Below, piece by piece: positions 1 through 9,817 of a stretch of 64,000 bases of DNA. Position 1 is the first letter of the stretch. The number at the start of each line of letters is the position of its first letter. The position numbers were made by a program, and so were the translations under genes. Source of the DNA: an uncultured Clostridia bacterium (lineage in GTDB: Bacteria > Bacillota > Clostridia > UBA1381); the NCBI GenBank assembly GCA_904420525.1, contig CAJFVT010000101.1:3546-67545 (forward strand). The letters run 5' to 3'. The notes beneath the pieces were generated by a model. The model made no database searches. It had not been told where the DNA came from and was given only the letters and a program-made list of their open reading frames with translations.

Positions 1-84
1 ATAGATCTCGGCCTCGGTGAAGATGAGCGCGAATTCGACTGCGCTTCATTCCATCATGATACGGCACAAGATGATACACATTGA
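1..84 (+). CDS. 3' end of an unidentified CDS (partial, runs off the window)
   Basis: Only frame open to the window edge. It stops at TGA 82-84 and is followed by a stem-loop plus T-run. Too short to identify. Confidence 0.3.
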   Translation: MDLGLGEDEREFDCASFHHDTAQDDTH

Positions 85-103
85 AGAATGATTTCTTTTT
101 AGA

Positions 104-130
104 CTGCACCGCATCAAGGGTGCAGTTTTT
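104..130 (+). terminator. Rho-independent terminator
   Basis: Stem CTGCACC (104-110) / GGTGCAG (119-125) followed by TTTTT (126-130). Confidence 0.7.
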
Positions 131-159
131 GTTATAGGTCTCTAATTATAAGGTTTTCA

Positions 160-741
160 TCAGCCGGCATGTGACCTTTTGCGCAGCCTTGTTATAGCAT
201 TGAGTGTAAAAGACTGTACAAATGCAAACATTATGCCGGTAAGCACACTGCCAAGTCCTAAGGTAAAATAACCCGGGATAAGCACGCATATATTAATGAT
301 ACACATTACCGCTGCTACATTTATCCTCGGATCTTTCTTGTTTAGTATCAGTGCGATGGTGTCAAAACCGATAGCGGTCGATCTTGCGCTCATGCACAGA
401 TAATACCCCGCCCCTACCATTACAGCGGCAAGGATCGCTGCAGCAGGACGAAAAATATGCAGCTCAAAGCCGGTATGTGAAAATATAGTGAACAGCGCCA
501 TATATGCGATACAGCTGTAGACTGTACCCATAAAATAGCTTTTGCCGAGAAACACCGCGCAGATGATCATCAGCAGCACAGTGAACAGATTTGAACACAA
601 TGCTACATCAAGTCCCAAAAGCTCAGCACATATCATTGCCAGACTTGTTACTCCGCCGTTCACTATATCGTTAGGCACTGTTATAAAGCTATACGCCAAT
701 GCCATAAGCAGATTTCCTGATAATATCTTTACAATTCTCAT
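160..741 (-). CDS. YitT-family integral membrane protein (membrane domain only, no C-terminal DUF2179-like extension)
   Basis: 193 aa, multi-pass hydrophobic. N-terminal motif PNDIVNGGVTSLAMI is typical of YitT/DUF161 proteins. Confidence 0.75.
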   Translation of the reverse strand: MRIVKILSGNLLMALAYSFITVPNDIVNGGVTSLAMICAELLGLDVALCSNLFTVLLMIICAVFLGKSYFMGTVYSCIAYMALFTIFSHTGFELHIFRPAAAILAAVMVGAGYYLCMSARSTAIGFDTIALILNKKDPRINVAAVMCIINICVLIPGYFTLGLGSVLTGIMFAFVQSFTLNAITRLRKRSHAG

Positions 742-862
742 GATCCCCGTTCCTCATATCATTTATATCCTCAGCTATTTCGCCGCAGCAATGCCATTTT
801 AACATAAATATCATAAATATTCAATACACAATTATGTAAAAAGTAATTTACTTTTTTATAAA

Positions 863-891
863 TTGACAAAGCCGAACCAATATGGTATAAT
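863..891 (+). promoter_or_regulatory. sigma-A type promoter (TTGACA-17-TATAAT with TG extension)
   Basis: TTGACA 863-868, 17-nt spacer, TGgTATAAT with the -10 at 886-891. Confidence 0.6.
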
Positions 892-1038
892 AAACACAAT
901 ATAGGAAGCAAAGCCGACTGACCCGGCTTTGTTTAAGATGCGTTTATTGTACCGGTGTGAAGCGGCGCGTCTCAGCGCCGCACTTATGGTATAATAAACA
1001 CATCTTATAATAAATTACTATTTTTCAGGGTGATATAT

Positions 1039-2544
1039 ATGAAAAAAGCAGCTGCTGTTATTTTAACGGCATGTATGCTGTTTCCGTTCTCTGCAGCTGC
1101 AGAGCAGACGCAGTATGATATACAAACAAAAATAGAAAATGCTTTTTCGTGGCTCGAAGCAAATGCCCAGCCTATTAACGCAGCCGGCTCATCTGCCTCG
1201 GATTACTACATCATGGCGCTTTCGCGTATGAATAAGGATTACCGTTATGCATCCTACGTAAACGCGACAAGCTCACTCACGCCCACCACGATACAGGACG
1301 CCCAGAGACTCATCATGTCCAATTCTGCCTGCGGCGAGATACTGAGCAATTCGTTCGTGGGCATGTTCACATATGATGCTGAGCTAAGCTCTGCCGCAGA
1401 TACAGCAGGTGCGATAATAACGCTCAGAAGCGGCGGCTATGATTCTGACAATAACAGCAGCAATATAATAAATCTTACCGGCAGGCTGCTCACTATGCAG
1501 CAGTCAAACGGAAGCTTTGAAAACGATGTGCTTTCGACCGCAAAATCAGTTATTGCTCTCTCCTATTACCGGGGAACAGAATTCACTCTGCAGGGTACTG
1601 CGGATAATGAGGAATACACCTACAGCACGGACAGCGCAATAGACAGCGCTATCAGCTACCTCAGCTCGGCGCAGGGTACTGACGGCGGATTTTCGACTGT
1701 GTTCAATACGGCATACGTTATAATGGCTCTCGACAGTACGGGAACAGACGCGCAGAGCAGCTCCCTTTTTGTAAAAAACGGTTCTGATCCGATAAGCTAC
1801 ATTACATCCCGCTGCTCAGAGGATGGGAGCGTCAATTCCTCTCCCGATGACACCGCGATATCCGCATGCGCCTTCGTCAGCCATCTGCGTGCCATGCAGG
1901 GAAAAGCTGTATTTTTCGACTTTGTTTCACAGGATACAGTAAATACGATCCTGTCCGGAGAATCAGCAGGATCAAACCATCTCAGCGAAAGCACGGACGA
2001 TGGCACGCCCTCTTCCGCCGCTACACAGTCTCCCCAAAGCATAAGGATAACCCCTATGCCGACACGTGAGCCTGAACATTCGGCCGTTAATGAAGAGGAA
2101 TACGGTCCGCAGCAATTTGTCGGTCCGCTGCGCGAAACTGACAGACCTGACAGCGGAACCGCCTCTGAGACTCATACTGATGAGAGCAATTCCTCATCAT
2201 ATACGGCGATCGCCGTGATCGGTGCTGTTATAGTCATCGGACTTGCGGCGCTTGCACTGCTCAGATTTAAGCCTGAGCTTTTTGAAGCTATGCGAAAAGC
2301 TGTTTCAAAACATTCAGTCAATAAAAACAATACTGGCGATAAGGAAAATGAACACAAGTCTGATGAAAATGATCTTATCTCCGAGATAGATAAGCCCCAT
2401 GAGGTCGTTCCGACAGAGGAGCTTTATGACCCGGACTTTATAAAAAAGCTGATACCGGTCGATGAGATAGATATGTCCATAGATTCTTTGCTTCCGGCTG
2501 AGGATGCGGTCAAAGACGATACACAGGACGAAAAAGAACAATAA
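1039..2544 (+). CDS. secreted/membrane-anchored protein with prenyltransferase/squalene-oxidase-type repeats
   Basis: Signal peptide (MKKAAAVILTACMLFPFSAAA). Repeated QxxxGSF / QGTDGGFS motifs typical of terpenoid-cyclase/prenyltransferase alpha-alpha toroid repeats. C-terminal TM helix plus acidic tail. ATG at 1039 preferred over GTG 1030 (GGGTG RBS). Confidence 0.7.
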   Translation: MKKAAAVILTACMLFPFSAAAEQTQYDIQTKIENAFSWLEANAQPINAAGSSASDYYIMALSRMNKDYRYASYVNATSSLTPTTIQDAQRLIMSNSACGEILSNSFVGMFTYDAELSSAADTAGAIITLRSGGYDSDNNSSNIINLTGRLLTMQQSNGSFENDVLSTAKSVIALSYYRGTEFTLQGTADNEEYTYSTDSAIDSAISYLSSAQGTDGGFSTVFNTAYVIMALDSTGTDAQSSSLFVKNGSDPISYITSRCSEDGSVNSSPDDTAISACAFVSHLRAMQGKAVFFDFVSQDTVNTILSGESAGSNHLSESTDDGTPSSAATQSPQSIRITPMPTREPEHSAVNEEEYGPQQFVGPLRETDRPDSGTASETHTDESNSSSYTAIAVIGAVIVIGLAALALLRFKPELFEAMRKAVSKHSVNKNNTGDKENEHKSDENDLISEIDKPHEVVPTEELYDPDFIKKLIPVDEIDMSIDSLLPAEDAVKDDTQDEKEQ

Positions 2545-2771
2545 ACCAATGGGCTGCTGCAAATGAGCGTTTTAGGACGCTCACTTGAAGCGGTCCATTT
2601 ATTTCATGCGGGCAGCTCCGGAAAACACGTTGAGAACAACAAACAGTAACAGCCAATGAAAATTTTTTATGCCTCCCCTGCTCTTGCTTTTTTTACTTTG
2701 AAAACTGTCTAATACATACGCTTATATCACACTGTTTTAGTATCAATATATCTGATTTTTCAACAAAAGTC

Positions 2772-2800
2772 TTGACTATTTCATAGAAAGCTAATATAAT
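2772..2800 (+). promoter_or_regulatory. sigma-A type promoter
   Basis: TTGACT 2772-2777, 17-nt spacer, TATAAT 2795-2800. Lies about 100 nt upstream of the 2902 start. Confidence 0.6.
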
Positions 2801-2901
2801 ATATTATGTTTACAGTTTTATTCACACAGACATAGAATATATATATTAGGGAGCGTGCGGCTTGTCTGTACGCGCCTTTATTTCATAAGGAGGTCATCGT
2901 T

Positions 2902-5900
2902 TTGAGCAAACTGCATATGGGAATAGATGTCGGCTCAACAACTGTTAAAGTCGTTGTTCTTGACGATTCCAACAATACGGTATATTCAGAATACAGAAGA
3001 CATTTTTCAGATATAAAAAGCACTGTTGCGGATCTGTTCAACGAGGTTGCCGGAACGCTTAAAGACGCTGAATTTACAGTTGTCATAACCGGCTCCGGAG
3101 GTCTGCTGCTTTCAAAAATGCTCGGTCTTCCCTTTGTTCAGGAGGTCATTGCGAACAAGACCGCGATAGAAACATTCCTTCCCGGAACAGACGTCGTTAT
3201 AGAGCTGGGCGGAGAGGATGCAAAGATACTCTACCTCACAGGCGGACTTGAGCAGAGAATGAACGGTACCTGCGCAGGCGGCACAGGCTCGTTCATTGAT
3301 CAGATGAGCATACTTCTTAAGACGGACGCTGACGGACTGAACAAGCTTGCCGAGCAGCACAAGACCATATACCCGATCGCTGCGCGCTGCGGTGTTTTTG
3401 CGAAATCAGATGTTCAGCCTCTGCTCAACGAGGGAGCTGCCCGTGAGGACGTTGCAGCATCGATACTTCAGGCGGTAGTTACACAGACGATCTCAGGTCT
3501 TGCACAGGGCAGACCTATAAAGGGAAACATTGTATTCCTCGGCGGTCCGCTTCACTTTCTGCCTCAGCTCAGGCGTCAGTTTGAGGAAACTCTTCAGGAC
3601 AGAGCTGAGTCATTCAAGGCCCCCGAAAACGCGCAGATTTTCGTTGCTATAGGAGCGGCCCTCATGCATAACAATGCAGAGCCGACAAATATACACGCGC
3701 TGTCCGAGGCCCTTAAAAACTCCAATAGCGTAGAAGCGGAGATAACTCGTATGCCGAAGCTGTTCGAGACAGAAGCGGACAGAAAGGAGTTTTTCGACCG
3801 CCATGCTAAAGCAAAGGCTGTGCGCGGTGACATAAGCAAGGTAAGCGGTCCTGTTTTCCTTGGACTTGATGTAGGCTCAACCACTATCAAATGCGCCGTC
3901 ATCAATGAACAGGATGAGATCGTTTACGACTATTACGGCAAGAACGAGGGAAGCCCGATAACCTGCGGTATTGAAATAATGCGTGAGCTTTACAGTAAAC
4001 TGCCGAAGGACGCATACATAGCCAACGGCTGCACTACCGGATACGGCGAACAGCTGCTGAAAACGGCGTTCCGGATAGATGAGGGCGAGATCGAAACGAT
4101 CGCTCACTACAAGGCCGCTAACCATTTCTCTCCCGGAGTTGATTTCATAATCGACATTGGCGGACAGGATATGAAATGCATGAAGATAAAAGACGGTGTT
4201 ATCGACTCGATAATGCTCAATGAGGCATGCTCCTCAGGCTGCGGCTCATTTATACAGACCTTCGCGGAGTCGCTCGGACTTGATACAGTTTCCTTTGCTA
4301 AGGAGGCGCTGGATGCCGAAAATCCTGTGGATCTTGGCACACGCTGCACAGTATTTATGAATTCGCGTGTTAAGCAGGCGCAAAAGGAGGGTGCGACCGT
4401 TGGAGATATAAGCGCCGGTCTCTCCTACTCCGTTGTCCGAAATGCACTCTACAAGGTAATAAAGCTCCGCGATCCCGCTCTTATGGGCGAAAAGATAGTC
4501 GTTCAGGGCGGCACGTTCAATAACAACGCGATCCTGCGCTGTTTTGAGCTGCTTACTGAAAAAAATGTCATACGTCCGGACATAGCCGGTATCATGGGAG
4601 CATTCGGGTCCGCGCTTATAGCCAAGGAACGCTGGAACGGCGGAGAATGTGATATAATAACAGAGGGCGAGCTTGACTCATTCACCTTCAATACCTCGCT
4701 CACGAGATGTCAGAAGTGCAACAACCACTGTCAGCTCACCATTACCGACTTCGGCGACGGCAGCAAATTCATTTCAGGAAACCGCTGTGAGCGCGGAGCC
4801 GGAGAAGAAAAAAAGAATAAGGATATCCCTAATATCTATGATTTTAAATATAAGCGTACATTCCGGTACAAGCCTCTCAAGCTTGAGGATGCGCCGCACG
4901 GCATCATTGCTATGCCGAGAGTTCTGAACATGTATGAGAACTATCCCCTGTGGTTCACATTTTTCACAGAACTGGGCTTCTCAGTTCGCATATCAGGCAG
5001 AAGCACTCACGCTCTTTATGAAAAGGGCATAGACTCGATCCCATCCGAAAGCGCATGCTACCCTGCAAAGCTGGTTCACGGGCATATACAGGATCTCATA
5101 GACAAGGGCTATAAAACGATATTCTACCCCTGTATACCCTATGAGCAGATCGAATACAGTGACGCCGGTAACCACTTCAACTGCCCGATGGTAACATCGT
5201 ATCCGGAGGTCATATACAATAATATGGACGCCGTCCGCACAGATGATATAAGGTTCCTGTACCCGTTTATCAATCTCGCCGACAAACCGTCCTTCAACAG
5301 GCAGATGGCTAATGCGCTGAAGGATTACAATATCCCGTTCAAGGATATAAAGGCAGCCTCTGAAAAGGCATTTGCCGAGCTGCAGGCATACAAAAATGAC
5401 ATTCGCAGCAAGGGCGAAGAGGTCATAGCGTGGCTTGAGGAGCATAACAAGCGCGGTATAGTGCTTGCAGGCAGACCTTATCACATAGATCCGGAAATAA
5501 ACCATGGCATACCTGATATGATAAACACTCTCGGCTTCGCAGTGCTTACAGAGGACAGCGTTGCGCATATGGGTCACTTAAAGCGCGATATACGCGTTGT
5601 CGATCAATGGGCTTACCATACACGTCTTTATGAGGCCGCGTCCGAGGTAATAAAAAATGACAGACTTGAGCTTATACAGCTCAACTCCTTCGGCTGCGGG
5701 CTTGACGCTGTAACTACAGATCAGGTCATGGAGATACTCCAGTCACATGAGAAAATATATACAACGCTCAAGATAGACGAGGTATCAAGCCTAGGTACTG
5801 CGCGCATACGCGTCCGCTCGCTCAAGGCCGCGGTCAAGGAGCGCGCCGACAGCGACTTTGTTCCGCATAAGGTGGAAGATTATACTATAAACCGTGTAAA

Positions 5901-7215
5901 ATTCACCGAAAAGGAGCGTAAAAACCATACTATAATATTCCCGCAGATGAGTCCGACTCATTTCCATCTCTTTGAGGCTGTACTGCGCGCGAACGGCTAT
6001 AACGCTCTCGTTCTGGAAAAAGCGACAGCTGAGGATGTTGAGGCAGGTCTCAAGAGCGTTAATAACGACGCGTGCTACCCCTCCATTATGGTCACGGGCC
6101 AGCTCGTAAATGCTTTTATAAGCGGACGCTGCGATCCGAACAACACCTCGGTGATGATAACCCAGACAGGAGGAGGCTGCCGCGCTACAAACTACATAGC
6201 GTTTATAAGAAAGGCGCTCAAGGAGGCAGGATATCCTCAGGTACCTGTAATCTCGCTCAACGTATCCGGACTTGAGGGCAATCCCGGATTTAAAATAACC
6301 CCTAAACTCGTAGACGGTCTTTTAAAGGCCTGCACATGGGGCGATATACTGCTTTCTGTTTCACAGAGGATACGCCCGTATGAGATAAATGAGGGAGAAA
6401 CAAACGCCGTTTATGATAAATGGCAGAAACGGCTATATAATGATCTCGTAACTATGAACCGCAAAAATCTCAAGCTCAAAAAGGTGATAGATGATATAAT
6501 AGCCGATTTTGACGCTATACCCATAGACGATTCCGTTCGCAAGCCTAAGGTAGGCGTTGTCGGTGAGATACTTGTTAAATTCCATCCCGATGCGAACAAT
6601 GACGTTGTAGGCGTTATAGAAAGCGAGGGCGGAGAGGCCGTAATGCCGGGACTTGCAGACTTCATGCTGTACTGTCTCTACAACAATAATTTCAAGCGTG
6701 ATAATCTCGGCATGAAGGCTTCAACAGCGCGTCTTTGCAATTTGGCGATATGGGGCATCGAAAGCTACAGAAAGCACGCCGAAAAGGTCATGAAGGCAAA
6801 TCCGAAGTTTGCCTCACGCGCTCCTGGACATATAGCAGAAATCGCAGAGGGTGCAAAAAAAGTCCTGCAGCTCGGTCACTGCACCGGCGAGGGCTGGTTC
6901 CTTACAGGCGAGATGATAGAGCTTATAAATTCCGGCGTCCCGAACATCGTTTGCGTTCAGCCGTTCGCATGCCTTCCCAACCACGTTACAGGCAAAGGCA
7001 TGATAAAGGAGCTGCGCCGTCAATATCCGCAGTCGAATATAGTTGCCATCGACTATGATCCCGGAGCGAGCGAGGTAAACCAGCTCAACCGCATCAAGCT
7101 TATGATGGCCGTTGCGTTTGAAAATATCCGCAAGGAGGATGAGCTCGACTCACTCATGTACAAAAGGCGCAGAGATCTGCTTCGTTCACCGGAAAAACAG
7201 AAAATACCGGTATGA
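2902..7215 (+). CDS. giant fusion protein: two BcrAD/BadFG-type (acyl-CoA dehydratase activase) ATPase modules plus Cys-rich dehydratase/DUF2229-like modules
   Basis: 1437 aa. Two ASKHA activase modules ([10 protein letters not shown].. at aa 7 and [10 protein letters not shown].. at about aa 322). CxxCxxxC..C linker (CQKCNNHCQ...C). Conserved Cys motifs downstream ([47 protein letters not shown]). TTG start preceded by AAGGAGG. Confidence 0.9.
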   Translation: MSKLHMGIDVGSTTVKVVVLDDSNNTVYSEYRRHFSDIKSTVADLFNEVAGTLKDAEFTVVITGSGGLLLSKMLGLPFVQEVIANKTAIETFLPGTDVVIELGGEDAKILYLTGGLEQRMNGTCAGGTGSFIDQMSILLKTDADGLNKLAEQHKTIYPIAARCGVFAKSDVQPLLNEGAAREDVAASILQAVVTQTISGLAQGRPIKGNIVFLGGPLHFLPQLRRQFEETLQDRAESFKAPENAQIFVAIGAALMHNNAEPTNIHALSEALKNSNSVEAEITRMPKLFETEADRKEFFDRHAKAKAVRGDISKVSGPVFLGLDVGSTTIKCAVINEQDEIVYDYYGKNEGSPITCGIEIMRELYSKLPKDAYIANGCTTGYGEQLLKTAFRIDEGEIETIAHYKAANHFSPGVDFIIDIGGQDMKCMKIKDGVIDSIMLNEACSSGCGSFIQTFAESLGLDTVSFAKEALDAENPVDLGTRCTVFMNSRVKQAQKEGATVGDISAGLSYSVVRNALYKVIKLRDPALMGEKIVVQGGTFNNNAILRCFELLTEKNVIRPDIAGIMGAFGSALIAKERWNGGECDIITEGELDSFTFNTSLTRCQKCNNHCQLTITDFGDGSKFISGNRCERGAGEEKKNKDIPNIYDFKYKRTFRYKPLKLEDAPHGIIAMPRVLNMYENYPLWFTFFTELGFSVRISGRSTHALYEKGIDSIPSESACYPAKLVHGHIQDLIDKGYKTIFYPCIPYEQIEYSDAGNHFNCPMVTSYPEVIYNNMDAVRTDDIRFLYPFINLADKPSFNRQMANALKDYNIPFKDIKAASEKAFAELQAYKNDIRSKGEEVIAWLEEHNKRGIVLAGRPYHIDPEINHGIPDMINTLGFAVLTEDSVAHMGHLKRDIRVVDQWAYHTRLYEAASEVIKNDRLELIQLNSFGCGLDAVTTDQVMEILQSHEKIYTTLKIDEVSSLGTARIRVRSLKAAVKERADSDFVPHKVEDYTINRVKFTEKERKNHTIIFPQMSPTHFHLFEAVLRANGYNALVLEKATAEDVEAGLKSVNNDACYPSIMVTGQLVNAFISGRCDPNNTSVMITQTGGGCRATNYIAFIRKALKEAGYPQVPVISLNVSGLEGNPGFKITPKLVDGLLKACTWGDILLSVSQRIRPYEINEGETNAVYDKWQKRLYNDLVTMNRKNLKLKKVIDDIIADFDAIPIDDSVRKPKVGVVGEILVKFHPDANNDVVGVIESEGGEAVMPGLADFMLYCLYNNNFKRDNLGMKASTARLCNLAIWGIESYRKHAEKVMKANPKFASRAPGHIAEIAEGAKKVLQLGHCTGEGWFLTGEMIELINSGVPNIVCVQPFACLPNHVTGKGMIKELRRQYPQSNIVAIDYDPGASEVNQLNRIKLMMAVAFENIRKEDELDSLMYKRRRDLLRSPEKQKIPV

Positions 7216-7227
7216 TCTTTATAGTGT

Positions 7228-7265
7228 ACCGCCGCATCCATCAGCTATGCGGCGGTCATTTTTTA
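7228..7265 (+). terminator. Rho-independent terminator
   Basis: ACCGCCGCAT (7228-7237) / ATGCGGCGGT (7247-7256) followed by CATTTTTT. Confidence 0.8.
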
Positions 7266-7459
7266 CCTCTTATCCTCAATATGTACAAATATCCGGCATA
7301 TACGGACTCTATATTTGGTTCTAACGTAAAATATATGTAAATTTTTTTTGAATTCTCTTGACTATTTCTAAGAACATGTTATTATATAATAGGTTAAGAT
7401 TTTAACAATCTTAGTTCAAGCTTATTATATATCTTATACATCAGAGGAGTAGTATTACT

Positions 7460-8395
7460 ATGCGAAAATTTTACAATAAAGTCGTGATTATCGGCTGCGG
7501 CGCTGTTGGCGCGTCTATTGCTTATGCACTTTCAATTCAAGGCACAGTTTCCAAACTTGTCCTTATTGATGTTAACCGCGATAAGGCTGAGGGCGAAGTT
7601 CTCGATATAGGTCAGGGTATGCTCAACTTTACCCCTATAGAGATCTACTGCGGTGATTATTCAGATGTTTCCGACTGCGATATCATCATTGTCGCATCGG
7701 GTGTTGGCAGACGTCCGGGAGACACGCGTCTTGATCTTGCAAAGAACAATATAAATATCATCAAATCGGTAGCTGAAAACATAAAGCCGTATTACAACGG
7801 CGCTGTCATCCTTATGGTAGCTAACCCCGTTGATATACTCACATATGTGATGTACAAGGAGCTTGGAGTACCGGCCGGAAAGGTATTCGGCACAGGTACA
7901 TCGCTTGATACGGCTCGTTTCAAGTATTTTCTTAGTCAGGATCTTGATGTATGTGTAAACAATGTACACGGTTACATCATCGGAGAACACGGTGATTCAC
8001 AGTTCCCTGTTATCAGCTCGATCGGTATCGCCGGCACTCCGCTTGATGAGTACTGCGAGTCTGAGAACATATTGCTTGATCTTGATGCTCTTGTAGACAG
8101 AGTTAAAAATGCCGGCGCGGAAGTTATCAAAAAGAAGCATGCGACATATTATGCTATCGCTTCTACTGTATGCCGTATCGTCAACGCTATAATAAAGGAC
8201 GAACATGCTGTGCTTCCGGTAAGCACAGTTGAATGCGAGTCTTATGGACTTTCAGAAGTCTCGATAGGTCTTCCCTGTATCGTTAATGCAAACGGTATAA
8301 ACAAGGTCCTTACACTAAGACTCAGCGATGATGAAAAAGAAAAGCTGGAAAGCTCAGCGGCAACGCTCAGAGCTATCTTGGACGAAGCTATGTAA
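7460..8395 (+). CDS. mdh: LDH/MDH-superfamily 2-hydroxyacid dehydrogenase; Arg at the Gln102-equivalent position predicts malate dehydrogenase
   Basis: 311 aa. GCGAVG Rossmann motif, LIDV (NAD), GVGRRPGDTRLDL substrate loop, IIGEHGDS. Immediately upstream of a malic enzyme gene. Confidence 0.85.
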   Translation: MRKFYNKVVIIGCGAVGASIAYALSIQGTVSKLVLIDVNRDKAEGEVLDIGQGMLNFTPIEIYCGDYSDVSDCDIIIVASGVGRRPGDTRLDLAKNNINIIKSVAENIKPYYNGAVILMVANPVDILTYVMYKELGVPAGKVFGTGTSLDTARFKYFLSQDLDVCVNNVHGYIIGEHGDSQFPVISSIGIAGTPLDEYCESENILLDLDALVDRVKNAGAEVIKKKHATYYAIASTVCRIVNAIIKDEHAVLPVSTVECESYGLSEVSIGLPCIVNANGINKVLTLRLSDDEKEKLESSAATLRAILDEAM

Positions 8396-8491
8396 TATCC
8401 GAGCGCGTATCCCGCGCCCGTGAATATATATTTTCCGGTCAGCATAAAATATGCGCTCCGGAACAAAGACATAAAATGGAGGAATAATGCA

Positions 8492-9664
8492 ATGGATAAG
8501 AAAGAATATGCATTGAAAATGCATGAGGAATGGAAAGGCAAGATAGAGGTCATTTCAAGAGCTGCTATCACAAACAGAGATGAGCTTTCGGTCGCTTACA
8601 CACCGGGCGTTGCCGAGCCGTGTCTTGAGATCTCCAAGGATACCTCGCTTTCGTATAAATATACCAGACGCGGCAATCTCGTTGCCGTTATCACCGATGG
8701 TACGGCTGTACTTGGTCTCGGTGACATAGGTCCTGAGGCCGGCATGCCTGTAATGGAAGGCAAATGTGCCCTGTTCAAGACCTTTGCCGATGTTGACGCT
8801 TTCCCGCTCTGCGTTCGCTCAAAGGACGTTGACGAGATCGTTAACACCGTAAAGCTGCTTGCGGGAAGCTTCGGCGGCATCAACCTAGAGGATATTTCCG
8901 CTCCGCGCTGCTTCGAGATAGAGCGCAGACTCAAGGAAGAATGCGATATACCTGTATTCCATGATGACCAGCACGGTACAGCAGTAGTTGTTCTTTCAGC
9001 TATGCTCAACGCCCTCAAGCTCGTTAACAAAAAGATCGAGGATATCGAGGCTGTCGTAAATGGTTCAGGCGCGGCAGGTATCGCAATCACAAAGCTCCTT
9101 ATGTCAATGGGACTCAAGAATGTTATCCTTTGTGACAGAACAGGCGCTATATATGAGGGCCGCGAGAACCTCAATGCTGAAAAGGCTGAGATGGCTAAGA
9201 TATCAAACAGAGCTATGAAGAAGGGTTCTCTTGCGGATGTACTCACAGGCGCAGATGTATTTATCGGCGTTTCGGCTCCGAATACACTGACAAAGGAAAT
9301 GGTAAAGACAATGGCAGACGATCCGATCGTATTCGCTATGTCCAATCCTGTTCCGGAGATCATGCCGGATGAAGCTAAGGAAGCGGGCGTTAGGATAATG
9401 GGTACAGGAAGAAGTGACTTCCCGAACCAGATCAATAATGTGCTTGCATTCCCCGGCATCTTCAAGGGTGCGCTTTCAGTAAGAGCCAGCGATATAAACG
9501 ATGAGATGAAGATCGCAGCTGCAAAGGCTATCGCTTCGATGGTTTCAGACGAAGAGCTCAGACCGGATTATGTTATAACCGATGTATTTGACAAGAGAGT
9601 TGCAGACGCAGTCGCTGAGGCTGTTGCACAGGCAGCAAGAGACACCGGCGTTGCAAGAATATAA
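8492..9664 (+). CDS. NAD(P)-dependent malic enzyme (short bacterial type, no PTA domain)
   Basis: Motifs YTPGVA, VITDGTAVLGLGDIG, FGGINLEDI, VFHDDQHGTA, NGSGAAG, FAMSNP. ATG at 8492 preceded by GGAGG. The track's 8420 start adds 24 non-conserved residues. Confidence 0.9.
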   Translation: MDKKEYALKMHEEWKGKIEVISRAAITNRDELSVAYTPGVAEPCLEISKDTSLSYKYTRRGNLVAVITDGTAVLGLGDIGPEAGMPVMEGKCALFKTFADVDAFPLCVRSKDVDEIVNTVKLLAGSFGGINLEDISAPRCFEIERRLKEECDIPVFHDDQHGTAVVVLSAMLNALKLVNKKIEDIEAVVNGSGAAGIAITKLLMSMGLKNVILCDRTGAIYEGRENLNAEKAEMAKISNRAMKKGSLADVLTGADVFIGVSAPNTLTKEMVKTMADDPIVFAMSNPVPEIMPDEAKEAGVRIMGTGRSDFPNQINNVLAFPGIFKGALSVRASDINDEMKIAAAKAIASMVSDEELRPDYVITDVFDKRVADAVAEAVAQAARDTGVARI

Positions 9665-9677
9665 TTAAAAACACACA

Positions 9678-9725
9678 AAACAGGCATTGTAAAAGCAAAA
9701 CGGCTTATACGATGCCTGTTTTTTA
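9678..9725 (+). terminator. putative terminator of the mdh-malic enzyme unit
   Basis: AAACAGGCAT / ATGCCTGTT stem around a large loop, followed by a T-run (9719-9725). Confidence 0.55.
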
Positions 9726-9748
9726 TCCCCCTAAATTATATATAACGC

Positions 9749-9789
9749 AAAAGCGGCAGCTGCAGAACACTTCATCCTGCAGCTGCCGC
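9749..9789 (-). terminator. terminator of icd (palindromic, usable in both directions)
   Basis: 13-bp stem GCGGCAGCTGCAG (9753-9765) / CTGCAGCTGCCGC (9777-9789), flanked by an A-run and TTTATTT. Confidence 0.7.
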
Positions 9790-9817
9790 TTTATTTATCA
9801 ATACCAATCTTTTTCTA

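Noticed and set aside
8420-8491. Longer N-termini offered by the ORF track (8420, 26847, 26832, 29512, 22284, 50312, 63220, 63995)
   Set aside because: In each case an internal ATG or GTG with a good Shine-Dalgarno sequence coincides with the start of family conservation or a signal peptide. The extensions run through promoter or intergenic sequence.
8596-9465. 289-aa minus-strand ORF
   Set aside because: It lies entirely antisense to the well-supported malic enzyme gene. The product is S/T/P/A-rich low-complexity sequence with no RBS, a typical shadow ORF.
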